This document shows, one piece after another, positions 1-13,207 of a DNA stretch of 64,000 nt. The stretch is taken from NCBI RefSeq assembly GCF_963921235.1, contig NC_086101.1, positions 7,318,001-7,382,000 of the forward strand. Direction: 5' to 3'. The stretch's first letter is position 1, and each line of letters starts with the position of its first letter. Under the pieces are notes generated by a model. That model was not told where the DNA came from. It was given only the letters and a program-made list of their open reading frames with translations, and did not search any database. This stretch comes from Mobula hypostoma (taxonomy: Eukaryota). Made by a program: the position numbers and the translations under genes.

Positions 1-197
1 GTTTTCTCCTGATTGTGTGCTCCATGTGCTCTGGTTTCCACCTACGTTCCAAACATGTACCAGTTAGCGGGTGAATCACTTGTATGGGTGTAATTGGGAG
101 TTGCAGGCTTTTTGGTGCTGTATCTCTAAATAATAACACTTAAAATTTACAGAGTTACATATTTACAATGGTGGCACTTTTCAACCAGTAGAAATAG

Positions 198-688
198 GCG
201 AGGGTCCAGAGGAGATTCACAAGAATAATCCCAGGAATGGAAGGGTTAATGTACGAGGAGCTTTTGATGGCTCTAGGCCTTGTCCTTGCTGGAGTTTAGA
301 AGAGTTGGGAGGGATCTCATTGAAATTTATTGTCTAATGAAAGGCCTAGATAGAATGGATGTGGAGAGGATGTTTCCTAAACTGGGAGAGACTAGAACCA
401 CATGGTTCAACCTCAGAGATGTCCATTTCGAACAGAGATGAGGAAACATTTCTTTAGCCAGCGGGTGGTGAATCTGTGGAAGTCATTGACACAGAGAACC
501 GTGCAGGCCAAGTCATTGGGTATATTTAAAGCAGAGATCGATAGGTTCTTGATGAATCAAGGAATCAAAATTTCTAGGGAGAAGACAGGAGACTGGGGTT
601 GAGAGGGTTAATAAATGAGCCATGATGCAATGGTGGAGCAGAATTGATAGGCCAAATAGCCTAATCCAGCTCCTATGTCTTATGGACT
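198..688 (+). mobile_element. CR1 LINE 3' fragment
   Basis: Decayed ORF2 C-terminus (FRTEMRKHFFSQRVVNLWKSL...FKAEIDRFL) followed by 3' UTR. Confidence 0.85.
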
Positions 689-775
689 CATGTTCAATAG
701 CCTTTGACAACTCATCAAGGGGCCTCCAAGAACCTGTGGTAATTCAGAATCAGAATCAGGTTTAAAATCATTGGC

Positions 776-1292
776 ATAGAACACAGAACATAGAATAGTA
801 CAGCACAGTACAGGCCCTTCGGCCCACAATGTTGTGCCGACCCTCAAACCCTGCCTCCCATATAAGCCCCCACCTTAAATTCCTCCACATACCTGTCTAG
901 CAGTCTCTTAAATCTCACTAGTGTATCTGCCTCCACCACAGACTCAGACAGTGCATTCCACGCACCAACCACTCTCTGAGTAAAAAGCTTTCTCTAATAT
1001 CCCCCTTGAACTTCCCACCCCTTACCTTAAAGCCACGTCCTCTTGTATTGAGCAGTGGTGCCCTGGGGAAGAGATGCTGGCTATCCACTCTATCTATTCC
1101 TCTTATTATCTTGTACACCTCTATCATGTCTCCTCTCATCCTCCTTCTCTCCAAAGAGTAAAGCCCTAGCTTCCTTAATGTCTAATCATAATGCATACTC
1201 TCTAAACTAGGCAACATCCCGGTAAATCTTCTCTGTACCCTTTCCAATGCTTCCACATCCTTCCTATAGTGAGGTGACCAGAACTGGAATCA
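776..1292 (-). mobile_element. CR1 LINE 3' end, young subfamily
   Basis: [15 protein letters not shown]...; (CATAGAA)n tail on +; near-identical to copies at ~55.6, 60.4, 63.1 and 63.8 kb. Confidence 0.92.
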
Positions 1293-1700
1293 GTAAATTA
1301 TATCATGAAATTCATTGTAATGCAGCAGCAGTTCAGTGCAGTACATAATAAAACCTGTAAATTACATGAACTATATACTGTATATATTTAAAAAGTCAAA
1401 TTACATAAGTGGTACAAAAAGAGAGAAAAAAGTAGTGTTCAGGGTTTCAATGTCCATTCAGAAATTGGCTTGCGGAGGGGAAGAAGCTTTTCCTGAATAG
1501 TTGAGTGTGAATCTTCAGGCTTCTGTACCTCCTCCTTGGTGGTAGCATGTCCTGGATGATGGGGACCCTTAATGACGAATGCCGACTTTTTCAGATGTCG
1601 CTCCTCGAAGACGTCCTGGATGCTGGGGAGGCTCGTGTTCATGATGGAACTGACCAAGCTTACAACTTTTTGCATCTTATTCTGATCCTGTGCAGTTTGA
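1293..1700 (-). mobile_element. Rex1/Babar-like LINE 3' fragment
   Basis: QKVVSLVSSIMNTSLPSIQDVF...IKGPHHPGH motif typical of this group. Confidence 0.7.
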
Positions 1701-2040
1701 CAATGGTCAGACAATTTGTCTTTATAATATTGGTTGAGGCATACAAAAAATGGTTAGTCTCGAATCTTGCGCTCATTTTAAGCTGGAGTCATGGGACCTT
1801 GTATGTTCCTTCAGAGAGGCTTTTGCTTTGAATGAATCTTCAGTTAACAGTACATTTGACACTGTAGCACTGCCTTGCTCATTTGTCTGGAATCAATATC
1901 AGAGCCTGGTTTATTATCACTGGCATATATGGTGTGAAACTTGTTGTTTTGTGCAGCAGAAAATTGCAAAGGCACAAAATTGCCATCAACAATAAAATAG
2001 AATTTAAAGGTTTAAAGATCAGCCTTATTTGTTGCATATA

Positions 2041-2107
2041 CAGTACTGTGCAAAAGTCTCAGGCACTTCTACATAGCTAGGGTGCCTATGAGCTTTGCAC
2101 AGTACTG
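2041..2107. mobile_element. Tc1/mariner-type mini-MITE (TIRs only)
   Basis: TA|CAGTACTGTGCAAAAGTCTCAGGCAC ... GTGCCTATGAGCTTTGCACAGTACTG; imperfect 26-bp inverted repeats around a 15-bp spacer. Confidence 0.7.
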
Positions 2108-2504
2108 AAGTAATTCTATTTATTGCACTGTATTGCTGCAAAAAAAAACAAATTTCACAACATCTGTAAGTGATGATAAACCTGATTCTGATATGGGTCT
2201 CTTTTGTGGACTGAGAGTGGAAGGGTACAGGGAGGGGGGGAGTCATGGTTGTGAAAAGATGAAGAAACAGGGGAGGGAGCAGGAAGCACCAGAGAGACAT
2301 TCTGTAATGATCAATAAACCAATTGTTTGCAATCAAATGACCTTGCCTGGTGTCTCAGGGCTGGAGTGTCTGCACCAGTGCCAACCCCAACCCCCACCAC
2401 TTTTCTACCGCTGTCGCTCACCCCTTCCACGGTGCTCCACCCTCGCCATTCCCGACATCCTTTGCCCCTGCCAGATTTACAAACTCACTCTCCATTGACA
2501 AATA

Positions 2505-2630
2505 CAGTACTGTGCAAAATTCTTAGGCACCATAACTATATATATATATATATGAAAGACTTTTGCAGAGTTACACGTGGACTAAGATGTTAACTGTTCT
2601 GTGCTATCACCAGTGGGATCATCAGTTGAC

Positions 2631-2682
<52 letters not shown>

Positions 2683-2698
2683 GACTTTTACAGTAGTG
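2505..2698. mobile_element. Second copy of the same MITE with internal (TA)n expansions
   Basis: TA|CAGTACTGTGCAAAATTCTTAGGCAC, (TA)n at 2537-2552 and 2636-2678, each followed by a decayed right-TIR piece AAGACTTTT. Confidence 0.55.
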
Positions 2699-3073
2699 TA
2701 CAGCTAAACGGGTCATGGCACCTGATGACGATGATGATGATGTACAGCTAAACATGTGGTCCAGTGCAGTGGTTTGCATTTGCGTCAATGGCCAACACAA
2801 GCCAGGGGTAATAACTTCAATATGACTAAGGCCCAGCATCACTGGGCTTTGGTAGTTAATCTTTCGACCTGTTCTCCAAAGATATGTACACATGAACAAT
2901 TAGGCTACTTGGGTGTCAAGTCTATCCATATATTCTTTGGCCTTAACAGTCACATCCGAGTTCTTACAGATGGAACATGAGGATGACTCTGGGGTTTACC
3001 ATTGAAATGTTGCAATCAGTGTGTGTAGGTATGTGACTGTTAACGCCAGTATGAATCAATCACAAAGCTTCCA

Positions 3074-3508
3074 ACCTGATGGCATGAACATCGACTTCTC
3101 TAACTTCCGCTAAGGCCCCACCTCCCCCTCGTACACCATCTGTTACTCATTTTTATGCACACATTCTTTCTCCCACTCTCCTTTTTCTCCCTCTGTCCTT
3201 CTGAATATACCTCTTGCCCATCCTCTGGGTCACCCCCCCGCCCCTTGTCTTTCTTCCCGGGCCTCCTGTCCCATGATCCTCTCGTATCCCCTTTTGCCTA
3301 TCACCTGTCCAGCTCTCGGCTCCATCCCTCCCCCTCCTGTCTTCTCCTATCATTTTGCATCTCCCCCTCCCCCTCCAGCTTTCAAATCCCTTACTCACTC
3401 TTCCTTCAGTTAGTCCTGACGAAGGGTCTCGGCCTGAAACGTCGACTGCGCCTCTTCCTACAGATACTGCCTGGCCTGCTGCGTTCACCAGTAACTTTGA
3501 TCTGTGTT
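3074..3508 (+). mobile_element. Penelope-like element 3' fragment with target-site duplication
   Basis: Begins in the endonuclease C-terminus (QPDGMNIDFSNFR*), then pyrimidine-rich UTR and hammerhead motif; flanked by ACAAAGCTTCCA at 3062-3073 and 3509-3520. Confidence 0.85.
3411..3448 (+). ncRNA. Minimal type I hammerhead ribozyme (PLE-associated)
   Basis: UAGUC-CUGACGA-AGG(gucucgg)CCU-GAAAC-GUC^GACUG: complete core, stems I and II, palindromic ACGU in place of stem III. Confidence 0.8.
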
Positions 3509-5462
3509 ACAAAGCTTCCACAGTCAGTTACTAGGGTGTCAATTAGACTGAAGCATCTTTCCTTATACTTGGCACTGACGATATGAGTTTTCATCTGCTG
3601 TGTGCCTTCCCTTTCCACCAGCCCCACTACAATGTCTGGAAAAGAGATGAGTTTTTGTTTGTCACATGTACACTGAAACACACAGTGAAATGCTTCATTT
3701 GTACCTCACTTCTGGTGCCATTTAGCATGCCCACCAGTTACTGATCCTACTTTGAAACGTGTGAGGAAACCGGGGGACCCAGAGGCAACCCGCAGAGTGA
3801 CGGGGAGAACGTCCAAACTCCTTACAGACAGTGTCGGGAATTGGACCCGGTCGGCGATGCTTGGTGAGGTAAAGCAATTGCGGTAACCCGTGTTACTGTG
3901 CCTCCCCCAGTAAACAAGTGGTACGACAAAGGGGGATTAATAGGCTCATAAATCTGAAGCAGCTGTTCCTGCATCATTGTGTGTGGGTTTCCAGGCTCCT
4001 GTATCTGTGAAGCAGACGCGTCCCATTAGTGAGGGTGCTTAATGATGGATGCCCCTTCTAGAATCGCTGCCTGTGCAGGATGTCCGCAGTGGTAGAAAGG
4101 GTCGTGCCCGAATGGAGCTGGCTAAGTCTACACGCCTCTTGCAGTCCTCCACGTTAGCTGGTAGGCGAGTTAGCCACATGGATGTAATCGGGTGACATGG
4201 TCTCATTGGGTCCGGAGGGCCTGTTACTGTGCTGTATCTCCAAAAAACATCAAGCTATGATGCAAACAGTCAGAATGGTCTCCACTGTACTTCAGTAGAA
4301 ATGTGACAAACCAAATCTCCTCAGGCTCAATCATCCTCAAGTCCCCAAGCCTGCAACCTTGTGGTTTAGGTATGAGATTGCTTCTCTCGGAGTTAAGGCT
4401 GCATCTTTTAACGTGCGTTGTGCACAGCGCAGTCACCTTCTCACCCAGGGAAATGAGCAATCAATGTCGGATGGGTGGTGCAGAGAAGGCAGACTGATTC
4501 TTTGAAGATGTTAATCCTTGTGGCTTGACAAGTGGCAGAACCGAGCATTGAGATGAAATTCTCTGGCAGCCGTGCTACCTTTGAAATATGTGGCATATTC
4601 AGCGAGGTACCCCATGGTGGTTTGTTTCATGAAGGTATGCACTGCCATACCCAGCAGGAAGGTAAAACGTGGACATTTCAATATGAAGACTGGAAATTAT
4701 AGAAGCTGTAATTTAAAATACGTTAGGCGTTCAGACAACTCCTGTCAGACACCTTCGCTGTAAATTATTCTTTGTGACTTCTTTCTTTTTTGAAGGTAAA
4801 AAATTATCTTGTTTACACCTACCCTAAAGACTCTGAGTTGTAAACCAAAACCAGACTTCACAAAAAGCTTTTCATCCTTCCACACTCTTATTCTGGCATC
4901 TCCCCCTTCCTTTCCATTCCTGATGAAGGTTCTCTATTTGAAATGTCAAATGTTTACTCATTTCCATCGATGCTGTCTGACTTGTTGAGTTCCTCCAGCA
5001 TTTTGTGTGTGTTGCTCTGCATATAGAAAAAAATCCTGTCTTCTCCCATGTATCTTCAACTCAAAATTATAAATTAGTGCTTCTTGTTCCTGAAATATCC
5101 ACAATTAGGATCAGGATTAACACAGGGTTTCAGTGTGAAACATTGACAATTCCTTTACCTCTCCACAGATGCTGCCTGACTAGCTTAGTTCCTCCTGAAA
5201 GGGATCTGTGAATAATTCTTTGGAAGTGCCATCACAGGTAGATAGGGTCATTACGAGAACTCTTCGACATCGGTCTTCATAAATCCAAGCATTGAGTACA
5301 GCAGTTGGTTTCAAAGGTTTCAGAGGTACACTTAATGTCAGAGAAATGTTTACAATATACATCCTGAAATGCTTTTTCTTCGCAACCATCCACGAAAACA
5401 GGGGAGTGCCCCCAAAGAATAAATGACAGTCAAATGTTAAAACCCCAAAGACCCCTGGCTTC

Positions 5463-5885
5463 CCTCCCTCCCATGGTAGAGACCGATGCAGTTTGGCACC
5501 AGTGGCGTTGCAGGAGTTGTCAGTCATCGTTGAATTCAGTGTAGGACTGACTTAGGGGCTCCAGAACCTAATTTTTCCTCACAGTTGATTTCCAAAACCT
5601 CCCCTATGAGTGGGACAATAGAGGTTTGAGATCAGAGTTTTCCTTCTCCTAGATGAGCTGCCAACCGTGGCTGATGAGCCCCATCTGCCTGAAACGACTG
5701 GTTTTAAGGCACTGGTTACCCGCATTTACTCTTTCTCCTGTCAGTAGAAACATTCCATGTGGGCTTGGTAGCTAAGCCAGAAGTGAAGGCCGGGAGCTAG
5801 ACTTGGTTGTCAGAGGCTGTTGGGAGCTTTTAGCAGATAGTGTGAGCGTATCCCCATTACCTGCTCCGGCTGTGACAACTTTAAA
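5463..5885 (-). mobile_element. Dispersed non-coding repeat, probably derived from a retrotransposon 5' UTR (copy 1)
   Basis: Collinear homology with 13355-13790 (shared AGAGTTTTCCTTCTCCTA, GAGCTGCCAACC, CCTGTCAGTAGAAA, GCTAAGCCA). Family assignment and strand are inference. Confidence 0.6.
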
Positions 5886-6199
5886 GAACTTAACCCACTC
5901 CTGAAGTTATTAAATCATCAAATTGATTATTGCCTTTGTAGCTGCACACAAAAAATTGCTCCTCTCCCGCTCATGAACACAACTTCATTATTCCAGTTTC
6001 TTTGCACTATTTAATTATTTTGTCGTTTATAGTAATTTTTATGTCTTTGCATTGTACAGCCCCCAAACACAAAAAAAATTCACAACATTTAAGTCAGTGA
6101 TAATATACTACGGTGTGAGGATTTTCTAAAGATAATGATTAGGTTTATTTGTCACAAGTACAGGGAAACGTCGAGACATACAGTGAAATGCATTGCGTT

Positions 6200-6939
6200 G
6201 AATATGGAACAGAGACCGGTACAGTACAGGGACAGACCCTTCAGCACACAGTGTTGTGCCAAGCCAATTAAATCAGTAATCAAATGGCCAAATAAACTAA
6301 TCCCTTCTGCCTACACAATGTCCATATGCTTCCATTCTCCTCACATTCTTGTGCCTATCTAAACATCTCTTCGAAGTCTCTAATGTATCTGCCTCTACTA
6401 CCACCACCACCCCAGGCACCCTCCATTCTCAAAATTTGCCCCCACATCCCTTTTGAAATTATTCCCTCTCACCTTAAATGTATGCACTCCAGTTTTAGAC
6501 ATTTCAAACCTGGGAAGAAGATACTGTCTGCCTTTATATGCCTCTCTCAATCTTAAAAACCTCTATCAGATCTCCCCTCAGCTTCCACCGCTCCAGAGAA
6601 AACAACCCAAGTTTGTCCAGCCTCTCGTGATAGCACATGCCCTCTCATCCGGGCAGCAACCCGGGAAACCTCTTCTGCTCCCTCTCCAAATCTTGACATC
6701 GGGGGTGACCAGAACTGTATGCAATACTCCAGGTCTGGCCACGCGAGGGTTTTATGAAGATGCAATATAACATCCTGACTTTTGAAAACGACTAATAAGG
6801 GCAAGAATGCCAAAAAACTTAACCCACTCCTGAAGTTATTAAACCATCAAATTGATTATTAATCTAAGGCCTTCTTAACCACCCTGTCAACCTGGGTAAC
6901 CACCGGCAGGGGGCTAAGAATTTGGACCCCAACATCCCC
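6200..6939 (-). mobile_element. Old CR1 fragment hosting the adjacent younger CR1
   Basis: FKSQDVILHLHKTLAWPDLEYCIQFWSP on the minus strand; appears to resume at ~9405-9470. Confidence 0.75.
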
Positions 6940-9404
6940 TTACCAAATTGGTAAAGGTGCTGAGGAAGAGGATTTCTTGGAATGTATGCGGGATGGTTTT
7001 TTGAACCAACACGTCGAGGAACCAACTAGAGAGCAGGCTATTCTGGACTGGGTTTTGAGCAATGAGGAAGGGTTAATTAGCAATCTTGTCGTGAGAGGCC
7101 CCTTGGGTAAGAGTGACCATAATATGGTGGAATTCTTCATTAAGATGGAGAGTGACATAGTTAATTCAGAAACAAAGGTTCTGAATTTAGAGGGGTAACT
7201 TTGAAGGTATGAGACGTGAATTAGCTAAGATAGACTGGCAAATGACACTTAAAGGATTGACGGTGGATATGCAATGGCAAGCATTTAAAGATTGCATGGA
7301 TGAACTACAACAATTGTTCATCCCAGTTTGGCAAAAGAATAAATCAAGGAAGGTAGTGCACCCGTGGCTGACAAGGGAAATTAGGGATAGTATCAATTCC
7401 AAAGAAGAAGCATACAAATTAGCCAGAGAAAGTGGCTCACCTTAGGACTGGGAGAAATTCAGAGTTCAGCAGAGGAGGACAAAGGGCTTAATTAGGAAGG
7501 GAAAAAAAGATTATGAGAGAAAACTGGTGGGGAACATAAAAACGGACTGTAAAAGTTTTTATAGATATGTAAAAAGGAAAAGACTGGTAAAGACAAATGT
7601 AGGTCCCCTGCAGACAGAAACAGGTGAATTGATTATGGGGAGCAAGGACATGGCAGACCAATTGAATAATTACTTTGGTTCTGTCTTCACTAAGGAGGAC
7701 ATAAATAATCTTCCAGAAATAGTTGGGGAGAGAGGGTCCAGTGAAATGGAGGAACTGAGCGAAATACATGTTAATAGGGAAGTGGTGTTAGGTAAATTGA
7801 AGGGATTGAAGGCAGATAAATCCCCAGGGCCAGATGGTCTGCATCCCAGAGTGCTTAAGGAAGTAGCCCAAGAAATAGTGGATGCATTAGTGATAATTTT
7901 TCAAAACTCGTTAGATTCTGGACTAGTTCCTGAGGATTGGATGGTGGCTAATGTAACTCCACTTTTTAAAAAAGGAGGGAGAGAGAAACCGGGGAATTAT
8001 AGACCAGTTAGCCTAACGTCGGTGGTGAGGTAACTGCTGGAGTCAGTTATCAAAGATGTGATAACAGCACATTTGGAAAGCGGTGAAATCATCGGACAAA
8101 GTCAGCATGGATTTGTGAAAGGAAAATCATGTCTGACAAATCTCATAGAATTTTTTGAGGATGTAACTAGTAGAGTGGATAGGGGAGAGCCAGTGGATGT
8201 GGTATATTTGGATTTTCAAAAGGCTTTTGACAAGGTCCCACACAGGAGATTAGTGTGCAAACTTAAAGCACATTGTATTGGGGGTAGGGTATTGATGTGG
8301 ATAGAGAATTGGTTAGCAGACAGGAAGCAAAGAGTGGGAATAAACGGGACCTTTTCAGAATGGCAGGCGGTAACTAGCAGGATACCGCAAGGCTCAGTGC
8401 TGGGACCCCAGTTGTTTACAATATATATTAATGACTTGGATGAGGGAATTAAATGCAGCATCTCCAAGTCTGCGGATGACACGAAGCTGGGTAGCAGTGT
8501 TAGCTGTGAGGAGGATGCTAAGAGGATGCAGAGTGACTTGGATAGGTTGGGTGAGTGGGCAAATTCATGGCAGATGCAATTTAATGTGGATAAATGTGAA
8601 GTTATCCACTTTGGTGGCAAAAATAGGAAAACAGATTATTATCTGAATGGTGGCCGATTAGGAAAAGGGGAGGTGCAACGAGACTTGGGTGTCATTATAC
8701 ACCAGTCATTGAAAGTGGGCATGCAGGTACAGCAGGCGGTGAAAAAGGCGAATGGTATGCTGGCATTTATAGCAAGAGGATTCAAGTACAGGAGCAGGGA
8801 GGTACTACTGCAGTTGTACGAGGCTTTGGTGAGACCATACCTGGAGTAATGTGTGCAGTTTTGGTCTCCTAATCTGAGGAAAGACATCCTTGCCATAGAG
8901 GGAGTACAAAGAAGGTTCACCAGATTGATTCCTGGGATGGCAGGACTTTCATATGAAGAAAGACTGCATGAACTGGGCTTGTACTCGTTGGAATTTAGAA
9001 GATTGAGGGGGGATCTGATTGAAACGTATAAAATCCTAAAGGGATTGGACAGGCTAGATGCAGGAAGATTGTTTCCGATGTTGGGGAAGTCCAGAACGAG
9101 GGGTCACAGTTTGAGGATAAAGGGGAAGCCTTTTAGGACCGAGATTAGGAAAAACTTCTTCACACAGAGAGTGGTGAATCTGTGGAATTCTCTGCCACAG
9201 GAAACAGTTGAGGCCAGTTCATTGGCTATATTTAAGAGGGAGTTAGATATGGCCCTTGTGGCTACGGGGATCAGGGGGTATGGAGGGAAGGCTGGTGCAG
9301 GGTTCTGAGTTGGATGATCAGCCATGATCATAATAAATGGCGGTGCAGGCTCGAAGGGCCGAATAGCCTACTCCTGCACCTATTTTCTATGTTTCTATGT
9401 TTCT
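6940..9404 (+). mobile_element. 5'-truncated CR1 LINE (end of APE, RT, 3' UTR)
   Basis: ORF pieces 6977-9308: [39 protein letters not shown] (FADD mutated); a few stops/frameshifts; (TTTCTATG)n tail. Confidence 0.97.
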
Positions 9405-10019
9405 ACTAATTAACACTGTTAGGGGTTCTTGCCCCAAACAGTGTACTGTCCCTTTACACTTGAAATCAAATCAGTGAGAAATGTACGAGGGTAATCCCAC
9501 AACACACTAACCTGCACTGTAACTCTCTGGAATATGGGAGAGTAACAGGAGCACGCAGAGGAAACCCACATGGTCATGGGGAAAATGTACAAACTCCTTA
9601 CAGGACAACAGTGGGAATTGAACCCTGATTGGTGACTGTGGCAATCTAAAGCGATTGTGCTAACCGCTATGCTACCATGCCGCCCTAGACTTACTGGACT
9701 TTAGAACCCTCCAGGATCCTTAGGGATTTGCAGTCAACATATTATTGCATGGAATAAACTAGTTAGAAGATATTCCTGATACCTTAGGAATTGCACGTGT
9801 GTGAGATGAGAACATGCTGAGTTGTAATATAACAAAATAAAGCATGGGAAATGTTAGGATATTAAATTGAAATGTTATAGGTTGTGGAATAATATATCAG
9901 GAAGTTGTAGCTGGAATATTTAGAAGTGCTCGGGAAAAATATGAAGAAAATTGTAACTGTTAGAAAGTTAGATCTGGAAGATTGTGGGGAGTAGACGACT
10001 TTGATGGGAAGTTTTGTCT

Positions 10020-12250
10020 GAAGAGATGCTGGAGGACCTGACAATATCCAAAGTTGTTCTGCTGTTTAAAAGAGGCTCTAAACAGAAATCAGGAAATTAT
10101 AAGCTGGTGAGTTTGACATCAGCTGTGGGAAAGTTATTGGAAGGTATTCTAAGGGACTGGATATATAAGTATCTGAATAGACATGTTCTGACTAAGGATA
10201 GCCAGTATTGCTTTGTGTGGTGGTAGGCCATGTACTAATCTTATCGAGTTTTGTGAGGAAGTTACCAGGAAAGTGGAGAAGGCAAGGCAGTGGATGTTGT
10301 CTACATGGATTTTAGTAAGGCTTTTGACAAGGTCCCGCATGGGCGGTTGGTCAAGAAGGTTCAGTTGCTCGGGATTCAGGATGAGGTAGTAAATTGGATT
10401 AGATGTTAGCTTTGTGGGAGAAGCCAGAGAGTGGTAGTAAAGGGCTGCCTCTGTCGCTGGGGGCCTGTGACTAGTGGTGTGTCGCAGGGAACCATGCAGG
10501 GTCCTTTGTTGTTTGTCATCTGTATCAGTGATCTAGATGATAATGAGTTAATTGGATCAACAAATTTGTGGATAAAACCAAGATTGGGGGTGCAGTGGAC
10601 GGTGAGGATAGGTGTCATGGCTTGGTGGGGATCTGCATCAGCAGGAAAAAATGGGCGGAAGATAGCAGATGGAATTTAATGCAGACAGGTGAAAGATTTT
10701 GCACTTTGGTAGGACCAACCAGGGTAGGTCTTAAACAGAGAATGGTAAGGCACCGAGGAGTGTGGCAAAACAAAGGGATATGGGAATACAGGTCCTTAAT
10801 TTATTGCAACCGGCTTCACAGGCAGACGGAGTCATAAAGAAAGATTTTGTTACATTGGTCTTTATAAATCAAAGTATTGAGTACAAGACCTGGGAAGTTA
10901 TGGTGAAGTTGCACAAGATGTTGGTGAGGCCTAACTTGGATTATTGTGTGCTGTTTTGGTCAGCCACCCACAGGAAAGATGTAAATGGATGAAAGAGTGC
11001 AGAGAACATTTACATGGATGTTGCTGGGTCTGAAGGACATGAGTTGTAAGGAAAGATTGAATACGTTAAGACTTTATTCCTTGGAATGTAGAAGAAGAAG
11101 GGGAGATTTGATAGAGGTATACAAAATTATGAGGGGGTATAGATAGCGTAAAAGCAAGCAGGCTTTATCCACTGACTTTGGGTGGGACTACAACCAGAGT
11201 TCATGGGTTAAGGGAGCAAGGTGAGAAGTTTAAGGGGAACATGATTTGAAACTTCTTCCATAAGACCATAAGATATAGGAGCAGAATTAGACCATTGAGC
11301 TCATCGAGTCTCCTCCGCCACTCTATCATGGCTGATCCTGGATCCCACTCAACCCCATACACCTGCCTTCTCACCATATCCTTTGGTGCCCTGACTGATT
11401 AGGACACGATCAACTTCTACCTAAATATACCCACAGACTTGGCCTCCACCGCAGTCTGTGGTAGAGCATTCCACAGATTCACTAGTCTCTGGTTAAAAAA
11501 AAATCCTCCTTATCTCTGTTCGAAAAGGTTGCCCCTCAATTTTTGAGGCTGTGCCCTTTAATTCTGGATAGCCCCATCACAGGAAACATCCTCTCCACAT
11601 CCACTTTATCTAGTCCTTTCAACATTCAGTAAGTTTCAATGAGACCCCCAACATTCTTCTAAATTCCAGGCCCAAAGCTGCCAAATGCTCCTCATATGTT
11701 AACCATTTCTTTCTGAGATAGGGGGCCTAAAACTGTTGATAATATTCCTAGTGCGGCCTGACTAGTGTCTTACAAAGCCTCAGCATGATCTCCTTGGTTT
11801 TATATTCTACTCTCCTTGAAAGAAATACCGAGATTGCATTTGCCTTCTTTACCACAGACTCAACCTGTAAATTAACCTTCTGGGAGTCTTGCATGAGGAC
11901 TCCTAAGTCCCTCTGCACCTCTGATGTTTGAACCTTCTCCCCTTTTAGATAATAGACCACACTATTGTTCCTTTTACCAAAATACATTTCATACGTTTCC
12001 CAACACTATTTTCCACATCGTACATTTCCCAACACTGTATTCCATGAGAGCATTGAACGAGCTGCCAGCACGTTCCATGGGAACTCGATTTCGACATTTA
12101 GGAGAAGTTTGGACAGGTACATGGTTGGTAGCAGTATGGAGGGCTATGGTCCTGGTGCAGGTTGATGGTAGCAGGCAGTTTAAATGGTTTCAGCATGGAC
12201 TAGATGGGCTGAAGGGCCAGTTCCTGTGCTGTACTTCTTTATGACTTTAT
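10020..12250 (+). mobile_element. Decayed CR1 interrupted by an opposite-strand CR1 (~11259-11990)
   Basis: RT motifs in broken frames 10014-10992; + copy stops at AAACTTCTTC (~11258) and resumes ~12040 after a minus-strand copy (ORF 11748-11987). Confidence 0.85.
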
Positions 12251-12764
12251 GACTAAGAAGTAGGTTGCACCAAACAGACCAATAAGTTTGGAGAAACGGT
12301 GAATTAGAATCAGAATCAGGTTTATCATTACTGACATACTGTACCTCCTCCCTGACGGCAGTACTGAGATGAGAGCACATCATGGCTGGTAGAGGTCCTT
12401 AATATTGGATGCTGCATTTCTGAGGCATCGCCTTTTGAAGATGTCCTTGATGGTGAGGAGGCTAGTGCCCATGATGGAGCTGGCTGAGTCCGTGACCACT
12501 ACAACTTTTACCAGTCCTGTGCAGCGTCCCCTCCAGACCAGACAGTGATACAACCAGTTAGAGTGTACTTCATAGTTCAACCCTAGGAATTTGCTAGAGT
12601 CTTTGGGTCATACCAAGCCTTCTCTTACTCCCAATGAAATATAGCTCTCTGTGTGCCCTCTCCTCAATTGCATCAATATCTTAATATACATATATCAATA
12701 TAAGGGAAATTTAGGGAGGGAATGTTGGAATTTATGACTTTACACTGCATGATTTGGTGCTATT

Positions 12765-13180
12765 AGATTAGATTAGACTCAACTTTATTGTCATTGTGCC
12801 GAGTACAGACACAAAGCCAATGAAATGCAGTTAGCATCTGACCAGAAATGCAAAGAATAGTGTTATTTACAAAATAACTGCGAATAAAAAGTAAGTGCTA
12901 CAGCACACAAATATAAAAGTACTGAGACTGTACAACATGGGTGCAATACTACTTAGCGCTGTGATGAGAGGTTCAGCAGGGTCACAGCCTCAGGGAAGAA
13001 GCTTTTCCTGTGCCTGCTGGTGCGGGAGCGGAGACTCCTGTAACGCCTACCGGATGGGGGGAGAGTAAAAAGTCCATGGTTAGGGTGAGATGCATCCCTG
13101 ATAATGCTTTTCACCCTGCCCAGGCAGCGTTTATGGTAGATGCTCTCAATGGTGGGCAATTGGGTGCTGACAATCTGCTG
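12765..13180 (-). mobile_element. Rex1/Babar-like LINE 3' end
   Basis: IIRDASHPNHGLFTLPPSGRRYRSLRSRTSRHRKSFFPEAVTLLN; (ATTAG)n tail on +. Confidence 0.8.
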
Positions 13181-13207
13181 TAGTAGTGTTATTAAATTGA
13201 AGTGTAC

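Noticed and set aside
3632..3655. ATGTCTGGAAAAGAG as PRRT1 exon 1
   Set aside because: No GT donor in a compatible position.
5670..5700. CTGATGA...GAAAC hammerhead-like string on +
   Set aside because: No convincing stem II or stem I, and the second copy of the repeat (~13562) lacks the core.
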